From contig NIVC01002870.1 in the NCBI GenBank assembly GCA_002269645.1, forward strand, positions 1 to 64,000: a stretch of DNA of 64,000 nt. The letters run 5' to 3'. The position numbers and the translations under genes were made by a program. This DNA comes from Macrostomum lignano (lineage: Eukaryota). Every line of letters starts with the position of its first letter. The stretch's first letter is position 1. A model generated the notes under the pieces. That model was not told where the DNA came from. It worked only from the letters and a program-made list of their open reading frames with translations, and searched no databases. Shown here piece by piece: positions 1 through 49,172 of this stretch.

Positions 1-296
1 GAATAGAGAGAGGGGACGGAACTATGCTGACAGCTGATAAATAATTAATAAGGAACTGTTTTCCGAATGCTGTTGGGTCTTCACCTCTTTGAGCTGTGCG
101 TGTGTGAGCGTTTCGTATGGTTGAAAATGAAATATAATTCCACAAATTTTGTAGAAATTCAACTCAAGAAAGTGCATATCGTAGTCTCGAAGCTCTACTA
201 CTAATCACAGATCAGTTAGTAGGATAATAAGGACATCCATCGCATCCACAGATACTAGAATAACTAGATGGGCCACTCAGCACATTTGCATGCAAG

Positions 297-594
297 CTAC
301 TTTCAGTTCAGTTGTAAGTTAAACTGAAGCATTTAATGTATTTTAAAGCCAAGGCTCATTTGTTGACTCTTACAACACTACCTTCCAACCGCGCCTTTCC
401 ACACTACCCCACCCCGCCCCAATTTTATTGCCTTTCTCGGTATTCCAGCCTAAAGCTGCTATGTACATTTCAGTGGACTGGCTAATGTACATTACTGCTG
501 AACCAATTAGCAAGCTGTTTACGCCTGCTTGGGCAGGCCTTTATTCTTATAAAATAGCTTATGTATTCCTTCTTTGCTACTGAACTGAAAGTAG
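297..594. mobile_element. Putative MITE-like element bounded by 16-bp perfect terminal inverted repeats
   Basis: ctactttcagttcagt (297-312) is the exact reverse complement of actgaactgaaagtag (579-594). The interior is non-coding. No clear target-site duplication. Confidence 0.4.
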
Positions 595-1180
595 AAAGCT
601 GTTTCACTAAGTATACGTTATAAATCTAAAATTGTCTGAATTATATCATAGAATAATTAATAGTTTTGCAGTACCTTACAGCTTACAAGCAGCAGTTAAA
701 CAGATATTTGAGCACCAGGAGGAGAGGCAGAGACCGAGGAGACGCCACCAGTCAGGCCCGCTATGTTTGTCTTTCTACTACGCAGTTCTACCTGCCAAAA
801 TTCTTGGCCCTCAACTTTACCGTCTCGAGACCGGAATTTCTTGGCGCGAGAGCGGCGACAACCTCAGACCCTGTTCAATGTGCAGCGAGCACGCGCGCTG
901 AGATCTACTCGCGAAAGGAAAAGTGTACACAGCCGCTCACCCACTAGCTGGCAGGCAATAGCCAGAGAGAAAGCAGAGACAGGCAATGTAAAAAAACACA
1001 CTCAGCGCTCTCAACAGCTGCCCTGCCCCTGCACCCAAACTACCCCTGGCAGGTAACTCAGCCACCGAGCTCATAACTTATAAAACACTGGCCTGTTTAG
1101 CAAACTATTTGCTCCCGCTCTCAACACACTGCGCGTAAAGTCAGTCACCCGGCTTGCTGCTAGAAGCAACAGAGAAAAAA

Positions 1181-6983
<5,803 letters not shown>

Positions 6984-7097
6984 TTGGAAATTTCCTTCGA
7001 CCATCAAGAGTTTTGAAAGTTACTCCACGTTATGTAATGATTTGAGCAAACTTGCTTTCTTATTTATCAGATTGTATTCTGAGGAGCACATCTTATT

Positions 7098-7320
7098 GGG
7101 ATTTCCCCGATCCTCTCGTCTCATTGGCTAGTGGTTTGGTGTGACCTTGGCACTTCCAGGGATTTCCCCTATCTGCTTGTCTTATTGACTAGTGACTTGG
7201 TATGACTTTGGCACTTCCAGTTGGATTTTCCCAATCCGGCCGCTCGTCTCATTGGCTAGCGGAATTGGTGTGACCTTGGCACTTCCAGTTGGAATTTCCC
7301 AATCCGCTCGTCTCATTATC
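7098..7320. repeat. Diverged ~65-bp tandem repeat, about 3.5 copies, downstream of the NPH3-like stop codon
   Basis: Recurrent ctcgtctcattggctag...gtgaccttggcacttccag. Confidence 0.75.
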
Positions 7321-8321
7321 AAGCGGCTTAGCGTGGCCTTGAAAGTTAGACATTCTTCTTTCCGTCCATTTTTACTACATTTTAGAACACGCTCGTAGTT
7401 TTAGGTGTTACAAAAATGCGACATACTGAAAAGTGCACTGTGTACTCAGAGCTTGGATGCGTCAGAAAACGCAACGATAGTGTTCACTGGCTGAGCGCTT
7501 GTTGCTACATTTATTAATACTTTATAGCCATACATTTTTATAATACGAGTATTTAGGTTTTATATTTTATAGCACAGGCGATGCGTTTTACTACTTATTT
7601 ACTTTCGCTTCAGTAGTATATACCGATACAAGATTTATTTTCAACAGTTCATTCTGCTGCTGCACTGATAGAAATCCATTAATAGCGTCTCTTCTTAAAA
7701 TTTCACCCCAATTCTTCTTTTCCATGAATTTTAGGATCTATTTTTCAAGTAAAGGAAGTCAGTGAATAATCAATTCAATGCAGTTATACATTAATTTTGT
7801 TGGTCATTTCACACGCTAAATATTGATTAGTTTGATTAGTTTAAACAGCACCCATGACTGAAGCTGTGCAGTGTTCTTGCAATTTTGATATTATTAATAA
7901 TATTTCCATTGAATTTTCATCATCCTTCAATATTCACAATTTAACAGGTGCAAAGAAAAAATAATTTTCAACTTAAAACAAGCTCTAACAAATTGCTAAA
8001 TTTAAATAAATTTTGTACTTTTAATGAAAAAACAAGTTTATAACAAACTCAGCCGTTATCGTGTATTTTCTCGTGTTTCATCAGCAAACAACATCTGAAA
8101 AATTTAATGAAACAGACATGTTTTACTGCGGACCGTAGGAAGCGAACAGAAAATTAGAAAATTATAATCCAGCCAGCTAATTATAGTCTCAGTCGTTGCT
8201 GATTGAATTAAAACAAATTTACCGCATAAAAATCGCGCGCATCAAACAATCCTTTTCAAGTTGAAGAAAGCATTTTTTAATCAAAATAATAACAAAAAAA
8301 CTGTCGATCTTTGAAGCTTGC

Positions 8322-16925
<8,604 letters not shown>

Positions 16926-18239
16926 TTTGCAGACTGCAATGATTCCAGTGGTGTTATAAGTGAATATATAAATACAGAATAAGTAGTAGTCAACATTTTA
17001 ATGAGTTGCCAATTAGGATCTGATCAGTAATATAATTTTGTTCTAAACATTATTAAATAATTTTTTTAAATAAAAGTCTCATTGTCAAAAAAATGACCTT
17101 CAATTGTCAAAAAATTAAAATTAAAAAGTGTAAAATGTAATGTAAAAATGTAATGTAAAAAATTTAAATTTTATGTGCCTAATTTTCGAGCATACTGAAC
17201 ATTAACTCATAATAGAGGATCTGTGGATCTGCACTAAGTAAGCAAGTTAGTATCTTTAGTAACTAAATAGCTAGTTCAATGTATCTTTATACAGCAGTAT
17301 TCGTATTTGATTCCATTTTGACTCAAAACATTATTTGACCTTCTATTGATTTTACAGCTTCTATATTCTATAAACAAACTGTCTAGAAGTGTAGTCTTGA
17401 AAAATTGCTTTGCGGTTTGACAATGATCTATTAGTGTGCTAACTTGAATAATATAATGGACATATAGCCATCTATTGGCATGAACAACATGCATAAAGGT
17501 GTCTTACTGTATTTTTTTACTATATGTGTTTTTGTTTGCAATAATCTTTGTTTTAGGAATGTCAAAATATCTATCAGAATAGTTACACTCTTTCTATTAT
17601 TATCGAGGACTTTGATTCTAAAAAGACGTTAAACTCTGTTAAAATGTAAGGAAAGAAGGGATTCCGATGCATTCTGATTTGCTTGATGCCCTGACTGGCT
17701 GTAGTGTGTGTAGTCTTTTGTGTAGGCAAAAGACAATCAACAAATTGGCCTTTAAACAATAGACAAATCGATTTATGCAACAGAGATCTATTTATAACAT
17801 AACTGAACAAGAAGTTCTCAGACATAAAAAATTAATTACAACAAGAAAACAAGGTAACCAATCTCAAAAGAACTTTTTAGAATAAATTTTCGAAATATTT
17901 ATCGCACACGTTTCTTAAAAATCAATTTTATAGACTCGCGTTATAAAATTCTCTACGCTGTCGTCATGGTAAAAGCGGCTATAACAAAGTATTTCAGACA
18001 ATTCCTTTATTTTTTACCGTACGGCAGTTTAGGTATTCAATATGATCTAAGAATACTTTATTTGTCGATCTTATGTTTAATATGCAGTAATATGATTGTT
18101 AAACTGTAAACAATTCTCAAAGACAAAGTCAAGCCTTTCGCAGATTTTTTAATGAATCCTTGCGAGGTTCCAGACAAATTCGAATTAATAATTACTCTTT
18201 ATCCGTTTTCTTTAGATATTCAGGAAGTCTTGCTTAGCC

Positions 18240-21640
<3,401 letters not shown>

Positions 21641-22254
21641 GTGCTAAGATGCTCCCCTATTTGGACATTGGATAATAATATATACGTATTTTTAGACTAC
21701 TATTAGTAAGCAGCAAGCGTTTGTTATGTAGCTTCGCTAATAAAATCAAATTGAACCCGTAGTTATGAGCAGACATTTTTTATTATAGAATTTGTGCCTC
21801 CTAGCAATTGACATCGCTTTCTTAACAGACAGTATGCAAAAAACACCCAGTGAGTTTTTTGATTTTGCACCCATCTATGTCTGCTCACCATAGACTACTG
21901 TTTAAGTAGGCACAACAACGTTTTACTCGTGTTTGTAGATTTGTTGTCAATTTTTCTCCCTTAGATATGAAATCGATTTTTTTAATTAGCAGTTTCTCCT
22001 CTGGTGTTGTTTTCAATTTTTTTGTTTTAGTTCCCTCCATGTACTACTTAATACACAGATAGTAAATTAGTAGTAAATAAAGTATATTATTGCCCATATT
22101 AGCTCTTTGTTTAGGTTTAAGAAAATACACAGAGTTAAAAAAATTTGATCCTGTTTTTTAGTACACCGCTTCAGTGTCCAACAATCAGCGTGAACACCTT
22201 GCACTCTTCATACTGTTGCTTTTAATTTGCTTCAGCTTGACCTTCTGTGCAGTG

Positions 22255-22705
22255 GGCTCTGAGTTTCCTTCGGAGGGCTGTCACCAACTCTGAGTTTCCT
22301 TCGGTGGGCTGTCACCAACTCTGAGTTTCCTTCGGTGGGCTGTCACCATCCGGTGGTCGATCTGTCACCATCCTTCGGTGGTCTGTCACCAACTCTGAGT
22401 TTCCTTCGGTGGGCTGTCACCATCCGGTGGTCGATCTGTCACCAACTCCGAGTTTCCTTCGGTTGGCTGTCACCAATAATCAAGCATCACCCAGCGGGCT
22501 GTCACCAATTACCTGTCACCATCCTTCAATTACCAAGCATCACCCAGCGGGCTGTCACCAATCACCTGTCACCATCCTTCAATTACCAAGCATCACCCAG
22601 CGGGCTGTCACCAATTATCAAGCATCACCCAGCGGGCTGTCACCAATTACCAAGCATCACCCAGCGGGCTGTCACCAATTACCAAGCATCACCCAGCGGG
22701 CTGTC
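22255..22705. repeat. Composite tandem repeat: ~31-bp (gggctgtcaccaactctgagtttccttcggt) and 32-bp (gggctgtcaccaattaccaagcatcacccagc) units
   Basis: Two related units share gggctgtcaccaa. Confidence 0.85.
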
Positions 22706-23080
22706 ATTATTTAAAAGCAGCACTGGGAGAGTATTAAAGCACTTCTAAATGTACAATTTGTTATCTAAAAAGTAATTAATTAAATCGGTGTTTCGAGGAC
22801 GAAACTGACACGTAAAAAATCTAAAATCGCCAGCTTCAAAGCGCAGCGGTGTTCATTGAAAAGCTGTCAGTTCTCGAGCTCGCTGCAGTCATTTGTCAGT
22901 TTAGTCTCTGGCCCAGCCTCCCTGCTCAGTTGGATTGCTTCCTTAACGCAACGCACAGAGATTTCAGAAATCTACTAGAAGCATCAAAGGCGGTGTTTCG
23001 GTCTCTGCTGCTTATGGAATTGTAGGTTGATAGAAGTCAGGCCAGAAGTCGCTTCTACAGCAGCAGATCGGGGAGCCGCC

Positions 23081-24076
23081 ATGTCCGCAGCCGACAGCAA
23101 GAACACGGTCTTCTGCACCCCGGGATTCGGAACATTCGGCTCCGTGATCGACCTGGGCGTGGACCTGGCACCGGTGCGGGACCGGATCCAGGCCTGCAAG
23201 CTGCGCTACCACCGCGAGCTCTGGGAGATCATCTGCGACCGCGGAATTCAGGGAGGCGAAGATGGCGGCGGCGGCGAAGATGGCGGAGGCGAAGGTGGTG
23301 AGGGTGGCGGCGAGAGCGGCGGCGATGGCGGCGGCGAGAGCGGCGACGAGGACGGTAATCAGAGCAACGCGCCCTCGCCTCCGCGACAGCGGCGGCAGCA
23401 GCAGCCACCGCAGAAGCCGCCTCAACCCCTCCGCCCAATGAGTCGCGGCCACAATGCCTCAAACACTGCCGGGCCGACCAAAAAGACTTTTCAAATGGGG
23501 AGCGGCGGCTTCCAGGCCACGACAGCTCCGCTACCGCCTCCGCATGCTGTCAGGTTCCAGCAGCCGACACTGCTGCCGCCGCTGCAAACGTCAACCCTGC
23601 AGCCTCCGCCGCTGATGCAGCCGCGGCCTCCTCAACAGCCGCGGCCTCCGCAACAGGCCCAGGCGCCCCCAGACGGCAGGAACCAGCGAATTGCCTGCCT
23701 GATGCACGCGAAGGCCAAGCTGCCCCGGCCCTGCCCCAGCATCGCAGCCGGATACCTCAGCACCACCAGCCCCATCAGCAGTCCCAGCAGCCTGAGCAGC
23801 TGCAGCAAGACCAAAGTGAGCAGCTGCGCCGAGGCCAGCGTCTCACTTGTTGAGCACCGCAACAAGCTGGCGCCGCCGCCGTCCACCATCACGGCTGACG
23901 ACGTGTCTCCGGCTCTCAGCGACGACTTCGTGCCGCTCCGCTGCGGCGACTGGTCGCTGGGCGGCGGCGGTAAATCGGCCAAACCCGGCTCGAGCAAGAA
24001 GAAGCCGGCCGCCGCCAGCAAGCAGCAGTCAAAGCAGAAAAAGCAACAGACGTCTTCCAGTGCTGCGCTTAAATAA
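23081..24076 (+). CDS. Intronless hypothetical protein (~331 aa) with a compact N-terminal segment and long low-complexity, likely disordered tail
   Basis: gccgccATG context, GC-rich codon usage like neighbouring exons, open for ~1 kb without tandem repeats. N-terminus MSAADSKNTVFCTPGFGTFGSVIDLGVDLAPVRDRIQACKLRYHRELWEII. Family not recognised. Confidence 0.7.
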   Translation: MSAADSKNTVFCTPGFGTFGSVIDLGVDLAPVRDRIQACKLRYHRELWEIICDRGIQGGEDGGGGEDGGGEGGEGGGESGGDGGGESGDEDGNQSNAPSPPRQRRQQQPPQKPPQPLRPMSRGHNASNTAGPTKKTFQMGSGGFQATTAPLPPPHAVRFQQPTLLPPLQTSTLQPPPLMQPRPPQQPRPPQQAQAPPDGRNQRIACLMHAKAKLPRPCPSIAAGYLSTTSPISSPSSLSSCSKTKVSSCAEASVSLVEHRNKLAPPPSTITADDVSPALSDDFVPLRCGDWSLGGGGKSAKPGSSKKKPAAASKQQSKQKKQQTSSSAALK

Positions 24077-24472
24077 CAGCTCGCTGCGCTGAGCTTTAAG
24101 TTAATGAAGTTGATATTCGCCTCGTTATTAATAATTTTGCGCTGCAGACCTACTACCTGTACGTACGCCACCTTAGCTGAAGTGGAGGGCCAGAAGGTCT
24201 CGCCAGACCACAATACCCTGTGTGTGTATTGATTTTTCAAAATGGTCCCACAATGTTGCACCACAAGAGCAATTATAACCCGTATGCACTGCATATTTCT
24301 ATATGATGCACTATTTTGTATACAAGCCATGAAGCCCTACGGGTAGCTAAAAACGTCTTTGTGTTTTTTAATTTGATTTTTTAAATTTCATTTCTTCCCG
24401 CAAGTTAAGCAAAATCGGTTTTGATTAGTCATCTTTAAGGCATCAAGACTGGTGATCAAGGCATTTAATTGA

Positions 24473-24742
24473 GACTCGCCCATCACATTACCTGAGAATC
24501 GGCCATCACATTACCTGAGAATCGCCCATCACATTACCTGAGAATCGCCCATCACATTACCTGAGAATCGCCCATCACATTACCTGAGAATCGGCCATCA
24601 CATTACCTGAGAATCGGCCATCACATTACCTGAGAATCGCCCATCACATTACCTGAAAATCGCCCATCACATACCTGAGAATCGCCCATCACATACCTGA
24701 GAATCGCCCATCACATACCTGAGAATCGGCCATCACATACCT
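24473..24742. repeat. Second array of the gagaatcgcccatcaca(t)tacct minisatellite, about 12 copies
   Basis: Same unit and orientation as the array in GOT1 intron 3. Confidence 0.92.
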
Positions 24743-25470
24743 GCGAAAATGCAGAGAGCACGAGAGGATGACAAAAACCCGGGCTAGGGATCAGCTTTCC
24801 TATAAAAGCGTCCCAATTGAACTGGGGGAGGCTTCCACAAATCACAGTTAATCCTCAAGGCAGCCAGCCAATGGGAGCGGTTGCAGCGCTGATCCCATCC
24901 GCCCGGGCCCCCTGCCAGCCGCAGCTACAAAGCGACCGCACGGAAGTGGCCAGCAGCGGAGATCCCCACTGGAAAGAAGCAGAGTTTTTGCAAAGCTTTA
25001 TCGTTTTTTTTGACTGACAGGTCCGAAGGCCGCTTGGAACTGAAACGAAAGCCAAGTGCTGCCGGGGTTGCGAGCCGCTTCTGGAAGCAACTGCAGACAA
25101 AACGACCAACTACCGGTGCCTCAATGGTTGCAGAAATAACAAAACCGACTTGGCCACTGCCGCTACAGTTCGAGTAAGTTGCCGAACTGATGATGATGTG
25201 TGCTTTTGCACCCCTGGCTGGGACTATTTACGCAAGATTCTGGGGGTGCCGCCCCCCCCCCCAAGCCGGGCTGCGTAGAAAGTGTCCCATGGAGTTATTG
25301 AATTGTGATTCTGCTGGAAGTCAATGGCTGATGGTCCCGGCTGGCGCGCTAATGCATCCGGGTTGGCACCCCGCTGTGAGGACCGCGGCGCGGCCAGTTC
25401 TGAGATGGAAAGGGGAGCTTCTTGTCTGGCCCGTGCTGCATTTGGACTGGAACATCTTGCGAGCGATTAG

Positions 25471-27081
<1,611 letters not shown>

Positions 27082-28267
27082 TAGTTAAATTACAGTTAAA
27101 TTTATTCTCAGGAAGGCATGTGTTGGGAAAAAGAAAATGCAAATCAGCATATCAATTTCTGGAGTTCAATTTCACTGAAAAAAGATTAAAAATTCAATTC
27201 GCATAAAAGAGCCCATGTGACCAGAGTGCTGTGTCCATCCGCCCGACCCAGCCCCAGTTCGAATCAATAATTTAGCCAATTCCTTGACTTTTCTGCTTCA
27301 ATGAGTTCCCTGCTCGTAAACTGACCGAACTCAACGGAATCCCCCCCCCAGCAGGCCAGCTGTTTCTGTTTACTCATCATAGCTATTAAAGGAACAAGAA
27401 AGAAATTTGAGCGCTTCGGTGCTCAGCTCAAGCATTTCAGGTGCTCGTTCAGGTGCAAGGGAGATCAGCTTGATGATGAGCAATGCGCGGTGCAGATGAA
27501 GCTGGGCAGGGGATGCTGAGGAGAGCCTCACCCAGCTGTGAGTCCCGTAGTTTTTGCTGAATCGTGGCAGCGACGAGACAGACAGAGACAGGGGAGCGAG
27601 CGAGGCCAAGGATTTCTAGATGCAGCACCTGGATTGGAAAGCGAGGCTATAAGCAAGGCTTGCTGCATTTCTTTCAATTGTTTTTCAATCTTCTTTCGGC
27701 AAGATCGTCCCAGAACCGGCGCTTTCGTTCGCTCACAAGCCTCAAATGAATTTGGCCATTCATCCCTGCCTCGGCCATTCAAACGCTTTAGTTTGCTCAG
27801 GCAGCTGGCTTCCTCTCCAGTCTCTGCATCACTGGGAGCTCCACGGCCGGGCCAGACTGGAGCCACTGGGAGTGGCGGCGGCATGCAGGGTGGCGGGGGC
27901 TGCCCGCGGCTTGAAATTCAAGTGAATTTCTTAGCGTGAATCGGCGGTCGCGTCTCCTTCTGTCTGTCTGGCTGGCGCGGCAGCTGTTGAAGCCCTAGCT
28001 GGGGATGATGGGGGGGGGCTTTGAGCGCTTGGGAGGCTGGGGAGCGAAAGGAGATGCTTATCGCTGTGACCGCGAGGGGTTTCGCTACACTGCTAATTGA
28101 AGGCAGCTCTGCCCGGTGAGGCAGTCCGTCAGTTCCGCCCCTGTTAGCAGACCCCTGCGCCTCGGCTGGGTGGATGGAGTGAATTTATTTGGGAACAGCA
28201 CTTGCGGCTTGAAATCTAGTCGAGGAGGGGGTGAAAATATTTCCAATTGAGACCGGAAATAGAGGGG

Positions 28268-28530
28268 ACAATATCAATAGAGAGAGTGACAATATCGCTA
28301 GCGAGAGTGACAATATCGATAGCGAGAGTGACAATATCGCTAGCGAGAGTGACAATATCGATAGTGAGAGTGACAATATCGCTAGTGAGAGTGACAATAT
28401 CGCTAGTAAGAGTGACAATATCGATAGTGAGAGTGACAATATCGCTAGTGAGAGTGACAATATCGCTAGCGAGAGTGACAATATCGCTAGCGAGAGTGAC
28501 AATACGAGAGTGACAATATCGATAGCGAGA
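28268..28530. repeat. 21-bp minisatellite (gagagtgacaatatcgctagc), about 12 copies
   Basis: Direct periodicity. Confidence 0.92.
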
Positions 28531-28666
28531 GTGCCGCCTGGACTGACAGCAGAGAACTTGCATCAATTTGCAAGTTTATATTCCGCAGAAGCCGGTGCGT
28601 TGGCTTGAGCGACTGCTGCAGAAAGGCATTACTAATGCCATGCCAGGAGAAGCTCTTTAAAAACTA

Positions 28667-45619
<16,953 letters not shown>

Positions 45620-46754
45620 CCGCCCTGCCCTGCACTCTGAGCGCGCAGTTTACTTGTACAAAGTATACGTTTCGTTGTTTTAATGCTTTTTTGATTGGAG
45701 AATTCCAATTGGTTAATGACATGATAGCTTCTGATTGGCTGCATGGACTGGGCACTCGAGATGTAGAGTAGCATCTGATTGGCTGAATGGTCAGATCCGA
45801 TATCGCTTTTGATTGGCTACTTTTCATTCTACTTCTACTTCTAGTCTACTTTTAATACACTAATCAATCAATGCTTATTACAGTGTACATATGCCTTCCC
45901 AGCTTACCAAACTTTTATACCAAGTAACTGTAGTACTTACTGCATGCTACAACAGAAGAAAAATCAATTTGTCAAATAAAAAATTGGCGTTTCTAAAAGG
46001 GAGTCTGCTGTCTGACAAAGTCAACTGACACTGACTGTCTAGTCTGTACTTGGGACCGCATAGCATTCAGGTGAATTCGATTGTATTCGCTCCGTTTATC
46101 CAACTACTAAAGCCAGGCAAAAGGCAGGCAGAGAGAGATAAGCAGACGGCGATCCTCGCCATGACCTGGCCGAGTCTGGTTGCTGTCCAGGCCTTGCGCA
46201 ATTTGACCGATTATCAGGAGCAGACTGTGTATGACTAAACAGCTTCCAGCCCCCAATGTCCTGCCGGATATCTAGTGAACCATATCGCTGCAGGAACTGC
46301 ATGGGAGCAACCACCACTTGAAACCGACGGAGGCACAGGCTTCATTAATGCTTGCTAAGTTTTATCCAGCCTCCCGTGTGCCTCCTCTCTGTCCAGTCTC
46401 CCACTCCATCAGGCGCACAAGTAAAATGAATCTGTTTGACCGAAGAGACCCCTAGTGGACCGCCACGGTGCTTCGGTCACTCGCAAATTTCTCCTGCAAA
46501 ACACCTACTAGCCTACTGTAAGTAATACGCATACGAGTTGAAGAGTTTTCCGATCAAACCGATTGCAGTAGGTTTTATAAGAATAGAAAAATCAGGAATA
46601 TGATTATCAAATATATTATTAGCAGTGAAAACTGGTTGCAATAAACAAAGTCGTTTAGCGCAGACAAAAATATTTTTCACACTGTACGAGTTGACTGCTG
46701 TCTGTGCTGATCTGATCTCGTGTTTTCAAATTTGTTGGTGAATCGTCACTGGGG

Positions 46755-47265
46755 AGTGTACACTGGGGATAGAAAAGCAAATCTCAACCTTGCAGCTCGC
46801 TAAGCCAATCAGCAAGCAAAATGACCGTCCAAGTGTACACTGGGGATAGAGATGCAAATCTATCTAACCCTCGCTAAACCAATCAGCGAGCAGAATGACC
46901 GTCCAAGTGTACACTGAGGATAGAGATGCAAATCTATCTAACCCTCGCTAAACCAATCAGCAAGCAAAATGACCGTCCAAGTGTACACTGAGGATAGAGA
47001 TGCAAATCTATCTAACCCTCGCTAAACCAATCAGCAAGCAGAATGACCGTCCAAGTGTACACTGAGGATAGAGATGCAAATCTATCTAACCCTCGCTAAA
47101 CCAATCAGCAAGCAGAATGACCGTCCAAGTGTACACTGAGGATAGAGATGCAAATCTATCTAACCCTCGCTAAACCAATCAGCGAGCAGAATGACCGTCC
47201 AAGTGTACACTGAGGATAGAGATGCAAATCTATCTAACCCTCGCTAAACCAATCAGTGAGCAGAA
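46755..47265. repeat. 74-bp tandem repeat, about 6.5 copies
   Basis: Unit aagtgtacactgaggatagagatgcaaatctatctaaccctcgctaaaccaatcagcaagcagaatgaccgtcc. No spacers. Confidence 0.93.
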
Positions 47266-47569
47266 TGGCATTAAGTGAGAAGCGCTCTTCTAAACCAGGT
47301 ACCACTCAGAAAAGACACATTCCAGTGGCATGATTATCAACTTACGGACAAAAAGCGAAGAAGGAAACTCGGATCGTAAACTTACATTACAGTTTAGAGT
47401 AAAAGCAGAATCATGAAAATATTCGCTAAAACAAATACAGCTAAGCTACCAGTAACGCGTATTTGTACCTAACTGATTGAATAATAAAAAATCAGCTTAA
47501 AAAGTAAAGCACTGTTATTAATGACTGTCGTGTTGCCCTAGTTCGTTCTATCGAAAAGTTCAGGCTGGA

Positions 47570-49172
47570 TTATTCCTTCGGCTGGTTGATGCGGCCGGCA
47601 AACAGCACACTGTTCGTGGCCTCATCCTTGATCAGCACCAGGAATGGCTCGGTGACAAAGAACGGCATCATCATTGGCATGCTGAAGCAGGCGATGGCAA
47701 CGGCGGTGGCCGCAGCGGCCTCGGCGCCCTCCTCGTTCACCTCCAGGCAGGCCTTGTGCACCACCTTGGACACGAACAGGTTCTCGGCGGTGCTGATACC
47801 GCTCAGGTCGGCGTGGCCGCGCTCGAACAGGCGCTTCACGCCCATGGCCGGCAGGTACTGGGGATCGCTCAGCGAGAACTGCGTCTCCACCTGCAGAGGC
47901 AAATTTTATTTTATTTAATATTCCTCTAGATCGATAATTAAGTTTACGCATAAACTTCCCACTGAGCCAGTGGGTCAGGTTTGTTATTCTGGGTCAGGCT
48001 AGGGTCATTCTTCATGTATTTTTAGGTCAGACAAGGTCATTCTGGGTCAGGCTAGGGTCATTCTTCATTTATTTCTAGGTCGGACAAGGTTATTCTGGGT
48101 CAGGCTAGGGTCATTCTTCATGTATTTCTAGGTCAGATAAGGTCATTCTGGATCAGGCTAGGGTCACTCTAGTTCAGGTTAAGCAGCACCAACAAAAGCA
48201 ACCCACCTTGAACCTGGGCAGATGCAGGTCGACCTCCTGCTCAGTGGCGGAGCCAGCAAGAGCCAGGATGTCCTCCAGACTGCCAACAGCTTGGAGAGCG
48301 GCGGACAGACCGTGGCGCTCAAACGGCAGCACGATGAGCATGCTGCAGCTGCCGCCGGCGAACGGCAGCTGGACAATTCTCAGACCGCGACCTTCGGCGT
48401 AGGGAAACTGCTGCGTCTGCTGCATCATCCGAACGGGAGACTGGCTGCCTGGCGCCGATTCAAACTGTCCATCGTACGTGCTCTCCGGGTTGAAGGTGTG
48501 CTTCCAGTCGCCTTTGAAATAGATGGCGTTCACCAGCACTAGGCGAGTGTTGGAGTCCAGGGAGCCTCTGTCGGGTACAATAGTTAATGCGAGCGCAGTT
48601 GTAAAGTGCATTTAGAGTACTAATAAGCTGACGAGGCAAATTTCGTCTATTACTCGAATACTTTATTATCCCTTTTTAACGCAAAATAAACGCACAAAAC
48701 AATAGCACTTTTTCTGGCCTTACTGAGCGAGCAGCTCCCGGATCTTGCTGCTGGTCTGCTGCTCCACCCACTGGTTGATGGCCTCTCTAGCAGCTTCGCA
48801 CTGCTGCTTGAAGTCCACACTGCCCAGCTCGGCTCCGTAGCTCTTGGCCAGGGTGCCGCTGAACTCCCCCTCGATGGCGAAGCTTCTCTCCGCGAACAGC
48901 CGATTGGCCACCGCCAGCTTCACGCCCTGACGTCCGCTGTTCAGCGCCGAGATCAGCCGGCCCATGTCCGAGTGCGGAGACTTCAGCTGGCTCAGATGCA
49001 GAGCCTGCGACAGCTCCGCCTCGGTCTCGGTCTTGGCTCCGGCCAGGGTCATAGCGAGGGCCACCTGCACAGAGGCTGGCGACAGAAACACATTCTCAGA
49101 CTTGTGCTGCTCGATCACCTGGTTCAGCAGCGACCAGGCGAAGCGGACGGCGCTCTCAGTTAGGCTGGACAT
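47570..49172 (-). CDS. Intracellular (clade-B/ov-serpin-like) serpin, copy A; reactive loop ...AIACF-SM
   Basis: Exons 49172-48724, 48567-48207, 47890-47570. Motifs ENVFLSPASV, VANRLF, INQWVEQQT, LVNAIYFKGDW, LPRFK, VNEEGAEAAAAT, EPFLVLI...LFAGRI. No signal peptide. Confidence 0.95.
47975..48170. repeat. 53-bp tandem repeat, about 3.7 copies, in serpin A intron 2
   Basis: Recurrent tctgggtcaggctagggtcattcttcat. Confidence 0.88.

Noticed and set aside
632-1056. Three short overlapping ORFs upstream of the NPH3-like gene
   Set aside because: No homology or codon signal recognised. They may hide a 5' exon (donor at ~1054), but this cannot be supported.
28231-28608. SESDNIA-repeat ORF resembling Ser-Asp repeat surface proteins
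   Set aside because: A 21-bp minisatellite with no signal peptide or anchor and no splice context.
46755-47265. CRISPR-like appearance of the 74-bp array (also the 65-bp array at 10490 and the 53-bp array at 47975)
   Set aside because: Units are contiguous near-identical copies without unique spacers, there are no cas genes, and the context is eukaryotic.
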